Below are positions 1 through 9,131 of a DNA stretch of 14,518 nucleotides, in pieces. Within the stretch, counting starts at the first letter, position 1. The number at the start of each line of letters is the position of its first letter. The notes below the pieces were generated by a model. That model saw only the letters and a list, made by a program, of their open reading frames with translations, did not search any database and was not told the origin of the DNA. Both the position numbers and the translations under genes were made by a program. The DNA lies in the NCBI GenBank assembly GCA_965199825.1, contig CBDATP010000002.1, forward strand, positions 1 to 14,518. The letters are read 5' to 3'. Source of the DNA: Bdellovibrionales bacterium (GTDB lineage: Bacteria; Bdellovibrionota; Bdellovibrionia; Bdellovibrionales; UBA1609).

Positions 1-248
1 TATGAGAGGTCATGTTCGGGTGGTCGAGGGGTTGTGTGCATGTTATGACAGATATGCCGCGGAAAAGCCAACAGTTGATGGCCTGAAGGCTCGACTAGTC
101 TGTCGTTGAGGTCGATGTTGATGACCTAAAGGAGATCAGGATTGAAGGGAAGACATTGGGTTAGTTCTGGTCTACAATAGGGGGGGGGGATTGAGGGAGA
201 GAACGGGTTAGAAGAGTTGTAGAAGTGATGCTATGCCAGCGATAGATA
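1..248 (+). ncRNA. 3' part of putative structured RNA B (truncated by window start)
   Basis: Homologous to 3392-3634 and ends in the right arm of the 22-bp inverted repeat (227-248). Confidence 0.45.
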
Positions 249-484
249 GATAGCCTGTGCTCGGGATGACCAACCAACATCTCTTTCTCTCTCATTAAGT
301 TTAGAATGAAAATTTTAAAAATTGAAAAACTTAATTGTTACTTTCTACAAAAAACTAACTAAAATTTTCAAACTTTTAATAGAGAATTTTCGATGAAAAT
401 TTACATAAGAACAATGGACAGGTAGGCTAGTGGATTTTTGAAAAATGTAAGACTTACAAAATGGGTTTTTGGATAGAAGAAAAA

Positions 485-703
485 GTTGAGTTTGGAATTA
501 GTGGTTGAAATTTTGTGGAAAGCTTGGGGTAGGGGTGGACTAGTGCGGAATGTAAGGACAAGTTATTTTGTCAACGGGTTAGGTTTCTAGAGGGGTAAAT
601 GTGGGGGAAAATAAAATTAAGACAATTGTTATTTAATGTTTTGTAGTATTTATTGAGTTGTAGTTAATGGTAAAGTGATTCCAATCGAAGAAATGAATGG
701 TCG
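485..703 (+). promoter_or_regulatory. Shared ~219-bp element, copy at the start of module A (candidate promoter/5' leader)
   Basis: Colinear with 1815-2011. Other A-type copies at 3871-4089, 7301-7519, 10760-10978 and 14220-14434. The regulatory role is inferred from position only. Confidence 0.45.
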
Positions 704-1721
704 CACCTAACCTATGCCCTCCCGCCCACCCGAGGTTCGATGCTGTGCTATCAAAGCGGAGCCAATTATCATTCGGTTCGAAATCGGTTCCAATTGCTGT
801 TAACTTTGGTATCGCTTCAATCGAATCCAATCCATTTGTCTTCGCTTCCATCCAACTGACCGCTGGCTGTAACTGAAACTGTTAACCCCCTGTGCTAAGC
901 CTAAACCTATTCCTTATTACCCCCCACCCGTACCTTACTTACTATTTAACCGACTCGACCAGACATAGAGTTGTGAAGACAACAGACAACAGTAAAATAA
1001 ATCACTGACCGTTGGATATGTGGACAATTGGTGCCGAGAAAAGTGCTCTAAGCTAAAGCTAAGCTAAAGGTAGGGAAGCCGTAACTCTAACTAATGCTCG
1101 AACAGCCGATAGACTGGCCAACACAGTCGGTCCGCTTTGTCATCTGACCGCTTTTACCCGTAGCTAACCCTAACATCCTGTGTGTAAGCTATCCCTAAGA
1201 TTATCGGGTGACGATCAGAACCGAACATCACTTCATCCCTGCACTGGTCGGCCAGCGATGGCTGTGAGCTATGTTCCTGTTGACCTAATCTAAACCCTAA
1301 CCAGTGGCCTAACCTAACAATTCTATCTATCCCTAAGCCAATCAATAGCACTGTCAGCGATAGACAACCCGAAGGAGTCTGTCCATCCATGGTGCGGTGC
1401 TGTTCGTCCTACAACTCGATGTCTGGTACACCCCACCCTATCTCTAATAACCCTCCCGCCCCTACCCCTAACTCTTCTTCGGCATCGGTCTTCGATCTTC
1501 AGCCATTCGGTTTGCTTGTCTTGACATCCGATGTTTTGCCAGCCCATCGAAGCGAGTGAAGTTAGTATTAGTTTTTGCCACCAATAGTTGCTCGTAGAAG
1601 GAAGTTTGCGAGTGACTACAACTCTCATGACCACCATTGGGAACAGATACGGCCAATTCTTCGCCGGACGAAAACCAGATTCATCTAACTAACGACTTTC
1701 CCAAACACAATCATTGTTGTC
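621..1721 (+). ncRNA. Putative large structured RNA A (~1.1 kb), unit 1
   Basis: Nested helices 621-643/1702-1721 (imperfect), 736-742/1545-1551, 752-760/1131-1139, 784-796/1025-1037 and 850-856/1011-1017. Local stems 1143-1160/1205-1219, 1344-1354/1394-1404, 1481-1488/1528-1535 and 1585-1598/1605-1618. Non-Watson-Crick pairs are mostly G-U on +. No long ORF. Ends are approximate. Confidence 0.5.
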
Positions 1722-1726
1722 AATAA

Positions 1727-1746
1727 TTTTTTTCGTCAATTTTTTT
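1727..1746 (+). terminator. Two T7 tracts right after the closing stem of module A (possible oligo-T terminator)
   Basis: T runs at 1727-1733 and 1740-1746 follow the 3' strand of the terminal stem and are present in all full units. They lie in an AT-rich spacer, so may be chance. Confidence 0.25.
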
Positions 1747-1814
1747 AAAATTCAAAGTTACAATATTTCACTTTATTTTCATGCTTTCAAAACATAAATA
1801 TTGACCTGGCTTGA

Positions 1815-2011
1815 GTTGACATTGGAATTGGAGTGAGAAATTTGGTAGAAAGCTGGGGGCAGGGCTGGACTAGTGCGGAATTAAAGGGCAAATTATTATG
1901 TCAACGGGTTATGTTTCTAGAAGGGTAAATGTGGGCGAAAATAAAATTTAGTCGCATTTATTTAGTTTTAGTGATTAGCAAATTAATTCCAACCGAAGAA
2001 ACAAATGGTCG
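1815..2011 (+). promoter_or_regulatory. Shared element, copy upstream of module B
   Basis: Paralog of 485-703. This copy carries a 22-bp deletion near 1948 relative to the copies at 5223-5441, 8682-8900 and 12141-12360. Confidence 0.45.
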
Positions 2012-2071
2012 GAGAAGTAATACACAATTTTATTAAGTCTTTTCGGGTCTCTAGGGGGGTTACGAATTGGC

Positions 2072-2194
2072 CGAAATTTCGATATTAGCCTTATTTAAAG
2101 TTTAATTACACTAAATTAAAGTTAATTTAGCTAAATTATGATTAAATCCAGTTAAATTAATGGTTAAATTCACTTCAAGATCCGAAAATTTTCG
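2072..2194. repeat. AT-rich ~10-bp-phased TAA(A/T)T array flanked by two palindromes
   Basis: Decamers tttaattaca/ctaaattaaa/gttaatttag/ctaaattatg/attaaatcca/gttaaattaa (2101-2160). Palindromes CGAAATTTCG (2072-2081) and CGAAAATTTTCG (2183-2194). Present in every full unit. Confidence 0.6.
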
Positions 2195-2242
2195 ATTCTA
2201 TGGGAGTTTCATGGGAACCCCCTTTTAGCCATCTCTAATCCA

Positions 2243-2264
2243 TATCTATCGCTGGCATAGCATC
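2243..2264 (+). repeat. Left arm of 22-bp perfect inverted repeat TATCTATCGCTGGCATAGCATC
   Basis: Exact reverse complement of 3613-3634. Other pairs: 5673-5694/7043-7064, 9132-9153/10502-10523, 12592-12613/13962-13983. Confidence 0.95.
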
Positions 2265-3612
2265 GGTGAAAATCTAAAACCTGAGGAAAGAATGGGTTAA
2301 ATGTGATACATACCGTTACATTACCTCTGACAAAGTCAGTCCCCAATAAGCGTCCCATGGCTTCAGTGATAATATGCCGGAAACCAATGCAGACATTAAG
2401 TACAACCAATAACGAGGAACCCAAATGAAGAGCGGACGGAAATATTGTCCGCTGACCAAAGGTTGTCGGTGTGTCGAGTGTGCGATACTATCGGTGAGTC
2501 TATGACTGCTGCCGTTTCCACGTCCGGCGCATAGCCAGACGGGCAGAGGACAGGTCTTCGTCGGGTCGTCGTTGACTAAGTGCACACTCTTACACAACCG
2601 AACAACCAGTGGCCACTCACCATTGAGTGACACACCAATGTGGAGCCGAGCCGGTGATACATCTGTAGATTCGGTGACTCGTGTCGTACGTCGAGTGCTG
2701 ATGAGGCGAACGTCGGCGCAGAGGACAGTCATTGTCGGTCATCTGGCGATGGGTCGGACATCGGTCTCGCTGGTGATCACCAATGGTTGACGGACTCCAA
2801 ATCCAATCCAACCCAACATTTGTGTCCCCCGCAAAGGAAGACACACTGGCTCTCAGCGCACATCACCACATTCACCACAGAACAACATATCAGAGACGCT
2901 GTTCCTTGTCTACTCTGACTAACCGACCGACACCCTCTGTGTCCAGAGCCCAGTGAGACCAATGTTCTCTATTTTAAGAGACAATGGCAGACCGTTGGAC
3001 CGGCCGACAAGTGTTGGCAGATGGTAGTGGTCGTCCCTACCGGTCCAGTTTCGCTGCTTATCATATTCTTTTTGTTGCTCACTTTAAACCAGTGTCCAAA
3101 TGGCGTGAGCTTTGGTCTGTGGTCCCAATAATATCCAAGTGCACACCCCTTATACCTTTAGCCCCTCGACTATCGCCATCCTACCTATCAGAGCCGATGT
3201 TGTTGGCCAAAAAGAAGTGGTCTCACCGGTTCCAATTGGTTCATTGACCACCTCTTGCATATATGTCGAGCTCCCATACTTGTGGCAGAAAGTGTGGACA
3301 GAGGCGGGAGACTTTGCGGATTTGGTTATAGCCGTGGCAGATCGGCTTCGCTACTTCTTAGGCGACCCTATCTTGTCACCCCTCCAGATGGTATGAGAGG
3401 TCATGTTCGGGTGGTCGAGGGGTTGTGTGCATGTTATGACAGATATGTCGCGGAAAAGCCGACAGTTGATGGCCTGAAGGCTCGACTAGTCTGTCGTTGA
3501 GGTCGATGTTGATGACCTAAAGGAGATCAGGATTGAAGGGAAGACATTGGGTTAGTTCTGGTCTGCAATAGGGGGATTGGGGGAGAGAACGGGTTAGAAG
3601 AGTTGTAGAAGT

Positions 3613-3634
3613 GATGCTATGCCAGCGATAGATA
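3613..3634 (-). repeat. Right arm of 22-bp perfect inverted repeat
   Basis: GATGCTATGCCAGCGATAGATA, the reverse complement of 2243-2264. Confidence 0.95.
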
Positions 3635-4006
3635 GATAGCCTGTGCTCGGGATGACCAACCAACATCTCTTTCTCTCTCATTCAGTTTAGAATGAAAATT
3701 TTAAAAATTGAAAAACTTAATTGTTACTTTCTACAAAAAACTAATTAAAATTTTCAAACTTTTAAGAGAGAATTTTCGATGAAAATTTACATAAGAACAA
3801 TGGACAGGTAGGCTAGTGGATTTTTGAAAAATGTAAGACTTACAAAATGAGTTTTTGGATAGAAGAAAAAGTTGAGTTTGGAATTTGTGGTTGAAATTTT
3901 GTGGAAAGCTTGGGGCAGGGCTGGACTAGTGCGGAATGTAAGGACAAGTTATTTTGTCAAGGGGTTAGGTTTCTAGAGGGGTAAATGTGGGGGAAAATAA
4001 AATTAA

Positions 4007-5129
4007 GACAATTGTGATTTAATGTTTTGTAGTATTTATTGAGTTGTAGTTAATGGTAAAGTGATTCCAATCGAAGAAATGAATGGTCGCACCTAACCTA
4101 TGCCCTCCCGCCCACCCGAGGTTCGATGCTGTGCTATCAAAGCGGAGCCAATTATCATTCGGTTCGAAATCGGTTCCAATTGCTGTTAACTTTGGTATCG
4201 CTTCAATCGAATCCAATCCATTTGTCTTCGCTTCCATCCAACTGACCGCTGGCTGTAACTGAAACTGTTAACCCCCTGTGCTAAGCCTAAACCTATTCCT
4301 TATTACCCCCCACCCGTACCTTACTTACTATTTAACCGACTCGACCAGACATAGAGTTGTGAAGACAACAGACAACAGTAAAATAAATCACTGACCGTTG
4401 GATATGTGGACAATTGGTGCCGAGAAAAGTGCTCTAAGCTAAAGCTAAGCTAAAGGTAGGGAAGCCGTAACTCTAACTAATGCTCGAACAGCCGATAGAC
4501 TGGCCAACACAGTCGGTCCGCTTTGTCATCTGACCGCTTTTACCCGTAGCTAACCCTAACATCCTGTGTGTAAGCTATCCCTAAGATTATCGGGTGACGA
4601 TCAGAACCGAACATCACTTCATCCCTGCACTGGTCGGCCAGCGATGGCTGTGAGCTATGTTCCTGTTGACCTAATCTAAACCCTAACCAGTGGCCTAACC
4701 TAACAATTCTATCTATCCCTAAGCCAATCAATAGCACTGTCAGCGATAGACAACCCGAAGGAGTCACCTGTCCATCCATGGTGCGGTGCTGTTCGTCCTA
4801 CAACTCGATGTCTGGTACACCCCACCCTATCTCTAACCCTCTAACCCTCCCGCCCCTACCCCTAACTCTTCTTCGGCATCGGTCTTCGATCTTCAGCCAT
4901 TCGGTTTGCTTGTCTTGACATCCGATGTTTTGCCAGCCCATCGAAGCGAGTGAAGTTAGTATTAGTTTTTGCCACCAATAGTTGCTAGGAGGCGTAGAAG
5001 GAAGTTTGCGAGTGACTACAACTCTCATGACCACCATTGGGAACAGATACGGCCAATTCTTCGCCGGACGAAAAACAGATTCATCTAAACCGATATCTAA
5101 CGACTTTCCCAAACACAATCATTGTTGTC
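4007..5129 (+). ncRNA. Putative structured RNA A, unit 2
   Basis: Near-identical copy of 621-1721 with four short extra segments (3, 5, 6 and 8 nt). Confidence 0.5.
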
Positions 5130-5672
5130 AATAATTTTTTTCGTCAATTTTTTTAAAATTCAAAGTTACAATATTTCACTTTATTTTCATGCTTTCAAAA
5201 CATAAATATTGACCTGGCTTGAGTTGACATTGGAATTGGAGTGGGAAATTTGGTAGAAAGCTGGGGGCAGGGCTGGACTAGTGCGGAATTAAAGGGCAAA
5301 TTATTATGTCAACGGGTTATGTTTCTAGAAGGGTAAATGTGGGCGAAAATAAAATTATGAAAATTATTATTTGTTGTTTAGTCGCATTTATTTAGTTTTA
5401 GTGATTAGCAAATTAATTCCAACCGAAGAAACAAATGGTCGGAGAAGTAATACACAACTTTATTAAGTCTTTTCGGGTCTCTAGGGGGGTTACGAATTGG
5501 CCGAAATTTCGATATTAGCCTTATTTAAAGTTTAATTACACTAAATTAAAGTTAATTTAGCTAAATTATGATTAAATCCAGTTAAATTAATGGTTAAATT
5601 CACTTCAAGATCCGAAAATTTTCGATTCTATGGGAGTTTCATGGGAACCCCCTTTTAGCCATCTCTAATCCA

Positions 5673-7064
5673 TATCTATCGCTGGCATAGCATCGGTGAA
5701 AATCTAAAACCTGAGGAAAGAATGGGTTAAATGTGATACATACCGTTACATTACCTCTGACAAAGTCAGTCCCCAATAAGCGTCCCATGGCTTCAGTGAT
5801 AATATGCCGGAAACCAATGCAGACATTAAGTACAACCAATAACGAGGAACCCAAATGAAGAGCGGACGGAAATATTGTCCGCTGACCAAAGGTTGTCGGT
5901 GTGTCGAGTGTGCGATACTATCGGTGAGTCTATGACTGCTGCCGTTTCCACGTCCGGCGCATAGCCAGACGGGCAGAGGACAGGTCTTCGTCGGGTCGTC
6001 GTTGACTAAGTGCACACTCTTACACAACCGAACAACCAGTGGCCACTCACCATTGAGTGACACACCAATGTGGAGCCGAGCCGGTGATACATCTGTAGAT
6101 TCGGTGACTCGTGTCGTACGTCGAGTGCTGATGAGGCGAACGTCGGCGCAGAGGACAGTCATTGTCGGTCATCTGGCGATGGGTCGGACATCGGTCTCGC
6201 TGGTGATCACCAATGGTTGACGGACTCCAAATCCAATCCAACCCAACATTTGTGTCCCCCGCAAAGGAAGACACACTGGCTCTCAGCGCACATCACCACA
6301 TTCACCACAGAACAACATATCAGAGACGCTGTTCCTTGTCTACTCTGACTAACCGACCGACACCCTCTGTGTCCAGAGCCCAGTGAGACCAATGTTCTCT
6401 ATTTTAAGAGACAATGGCAGACCGTTGGACCGGCCGACAAGTGTTGGCAGATGGTAGTGGTCGTCCCTACCGGTCCAGTTTCGCTGCTTATCATATTCTT
6501 TTTGTTGCTCACTTTGAACCAGTGTCCAAATGGCGTGAGCTTTGGTCTGTGGTCCCAATAATATCCAAGTGCACACCCCTTATACCTTTAGCCCCTCGAC
6601 TATCGCCATCCTACCTATCAGAGCCGATGTTGTTGGCCAAAAAGAAGTGGTCTCACCGGTTCCAATTGGTTCATTGACCACCTCTTGCATATATGTCGAG
6701 CTCCCATACTTGTGGCAGAAAGTGTGGACAGAGGCGGGAGACTTTGCGGATTTGGTTATAGCCGTGGCAGATCGGCTTCGCTACTTCTTAGGCGACCCTA
6801 TCTTGTCACCCCTCCAGATGGTATGAGAGGTCATGTTCGGGTGGTCGAGGGGTTGTGTGCATGTTATGACAGATATGTCGCGGAAAAGCCGACAGTTGAT
6901 GGCCTGAAGGCTCGACTAGTCTGTCGTTGAGGTCGATGTTGATGACCTAAAGGAGATCAGGATTGAAGGGAAGACATTGGGTTAGTTCTGGTCTGCAATA
7001 GGGGGATTGGGGGAGAGAACGGGTTAGAAGAGTTGTAGAAGTGATGCTATGCCAGCGATAGATA
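5673..7064 (+). ncRNA. Putative structured RNA B, copy 2
   Basis: Near-identical to 2243-3634 and bounded by the 22-bp inverted repeat. Confidence 0.55.
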
Positions 7065-7436
7065 GATAGCCTGTGCTCGGGATGACCAACCAACATCTCT
7101 TTCTCTCTCATTCAGTTTAGAATGAAAATTTTAAAAATTGAAAAACTTAATTGTTACTTTCTACAAAAAACTAATTAAAATTTTCAAACTTTTAAGAGAG
7201 AATTTTCGATGAAAATTTACATAAGAACAATGGACAGGTAGGCTAGTGGATTTTTGAAAAATGTAAGACTTACAAAATGAGTTTTTGGATAGAAGAAAAA
7301 GTTGAGTTTGGAATTTGTGGTTGAAATTTTGTGGAAAGCTTGGGGCAGGGCTGGACTAGTGCGGAATGTAAGGACAAGTTATTTTGTCAAGGGGTTAGGT
7401 TTCTAGAGGGGTAAATGTGGGGGAAAATAAAATTAA

Positions 7437-8588
7437 GACAATTGTGATTTAATGTTTTGTAGTATTTATTGAGTTGTAGTTAATGGTAAAGTGATTCCAA
7501 TCGAAGAAATGAATGGTCGCACCTAACCTATGCCCTCCCGCCCACCCGAGGTTCGATGCTGTGCTATCAAAGCGGAGCCAATTATCATTCGGTTCGAAAT
7601 CGGTTCCAATTGCTGTTAACTTTGGTATCGCTTCAATCGAATCCAATTCATTTGTGTTCGCTTCCATCGAATCGAGTCCATTTGTCTTCGCTTCCATCCA
7701 ACTGACCGCTGGCTGTAACTGAAACTGTTAACCCCCTGTGCTAAGCCTAAACCTATTCCTTATTGCCCCCCACCCGTACCTTACTTACTATTTAACCGAC
7801 TCGACCAGACATAGAGTTGTGAAGACAACAGACAACAGTAAAATAAATCACTGACCGTTGGATATGTGGACAATTGGTGCCGACAAAAGTGCTCTAAGCT
7901 AAAGCTAAGCTAAAGGTAGGGAAGCCGTAACTCTAACTAATGCTCAAACAGCCGATAGACTGGCCAACACAGTCGGTCCGCTTTGTCATCTGACCGCTTT
8001 TACCCGTAGCTAACCCTAACATCCTGTGTGTAAGCTATCCCTAAGATTATCGGGTGACGATCAGAACCGAACATCACTTCATCCCTGCACTGGTCGGCCA
8101 GCGATGGCTGTGAGCTATGTTCCTGTTGACCTAATCTAAACCCTAACCAGTGGCCTAACCTAACAATTCTATCTATCCCTAAGCCAATCAATAGCACTGT
8201 CAGCGATAGACAACCCGAAGGAGTCACCTGTCCATCCATGGTGCGGTGCTGTTCGTCCTACAACTCGATGTCTGGTACACCCCACCCTATCTCTAACCCT
8301 TTAACCCTCCCGCCCCTACCCCTAACTCTTCTTCGGCATCGGTCTTCGATCTTCAGCCATTCGGTTTGCTTGTCTTGACATCCGATGTTTTGCCAGCCCA
8401 TCGAAGCGAGTGAAGTTAGTATTAGTTTTTGCCACCAATAGTTGCTAGGAGACGTAGAAGGAAGTTTGCGATTGACTACAACTCTCATGACCACCATTGG
8501 GAACAGATACGGCCAATTCTTCGCCGGACGAAAACCAATTCATCTAAACCAAGACCTAACGACTTTCCCAAACACAATCATTGTTGTC
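7437..8588 (+). ncRNA. Putative structured RNA A, unit 3 (long allele with 30-bp duplication)
   Basis: Copy of module A with a 2x30-bp repeat at 7636-7695. Confidence 0.5.
7636..7695. repeat. 2 x 30-bp imperfect tandem repeat (also 11095-11154)
   Basis: ATCGAATCCAATTCATTTGTGTTCGCTTCC followed by ATCGAATCGAGTCCATTTGTCTTCGCTTCC. Units 1 and 2 have a single copy. Confidence 0.9.
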
Positions 8589-9131
8589 AATAATTTTTTT
8601 CGTCAATTTTTTTAAAATTCAAAGTTACAATATTTCACTTTATTTTCATGCTTTCAAAACATAAATATTGACCTGGCTTGAGTTGACATTGGAATTGGAG
8701 AAGGAAATTTGGTAGAAAGCTGGGGGCAGGGCTGGACTAGTGCGGAATTAAAGGGCAAATTATTATGTCAACGGGTTATGTTTCTAGAAGGGTAAATGTG
8801 GGCGAAAATAAAATTATGAAAATTATTATTTGTTGTTTAGTCGCATTTATTTAGTTTTAGTGATTAGCAAATTAATTCCAACCGAAGAAACAAATGGTCG
8901 GAGAAGTAATACACAACTTTATTAAGTCTTTTCGGGTCTCTAGGGGGGTTACGAATTGGCCGAAATTTCGATATTAGCCTTATTTAAAGTTTAATTACAC
9001 TAAATTAAAGTTAATTTAGCTAAATTATGATTAAATCCAGTTAAATTAATGGTTAAATTCACTTCAAGATCCGAAAATTTTCGATTCTATGGGAGTTTCA
9101 TGGGAACCCCCTTTTAGCCATCTCTAATCCA

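Larger units (their letters stand above)
2243..3634 (+). ncRNA. Putative large structured RNA B (~1.4 kb), first complete copy
   Basis: Perfect 22-bp inverted repeat 2243-2264/3613-3634. Nested long-range helices 2341-2347/3576-3582, 2388-2394/3561-3567, 2418-2424/3547-3553, 3140-3146/3425-3431 and 3162-3174/3410-3422. Many G-U-containing hairpins (2431-2453, 2729-2752) and a junction closed by 2996-3003/3040-3047. The true 5' end may lie further upstream. Confidence 0.55.

Noticed and set aside
126..211. Minus-strand branch point (CTAAC), pyrimidine tract and YAG resembling 3' splice sites
   Set aside because: All three downstream frames close within about 50 codons and no coherent exon chain was found. 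The same bases are explained as 3' strands of + strand helices. Stranded RNA-seq would settle it.
545..574. Minus-strand TTGACA (sigma70 -35) in both copies of the shared element
   Set aside because: No acceptable -10 box at 16-18 bp spacing, and the host domain is unknown.
636..710. Small peptide in the shared element (MFCSIY*VVVNGKVIPIEEMNGRT versus LFSRIYLVLVISKLIPTEETNGRR)
   Set aside because: There is an in-frame TGA in the A-type copy, and substitutions between paralogues show no third-position bias.
1164..1174. Annotating module A outright as telomerase RNA
   Set aside because: The template-like 11-mer is one of many CTAA variants, telomerase RNA genes are normally low-copy and no pseudoknot or CR4/5 could be verified by eye. 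Kept only as a hypothesis.
1410..1426. TACAACTCGATGTCTGG resembles the LSU rRNA peptidyl-transferase segment (ACCTCGATGT), suggesting a tiny rDNA unit
   Set aside because: Short match only. No other universal SSU or LSU motifs were found in the expected order on either strand.
2698..2730. CTGATGA hammerhead ribozyme core
   Set aside because: No stem II followed by GAAA and no matching stems I/III.
633..3500. Short ORFs (61-138 aa) repeated in every unit
   Set aside because: They overlap on both strands, show no recognisable domain and some are broken by frame-shifting indels between units. Spot-checking several frames with TAA/TAG read as Gln gave no long convincing protein.
2243..3634. MITE / TIR DNA transposon bounded by the 22-bp inverted repeat
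   Set aside because: No transposase, no clear target-site duplication beyond a possible TA and no recognisable superfamily terminus. The nested internal G-U helices fit an RNA closing stem better. Not fully excluded without a genome-wide search.
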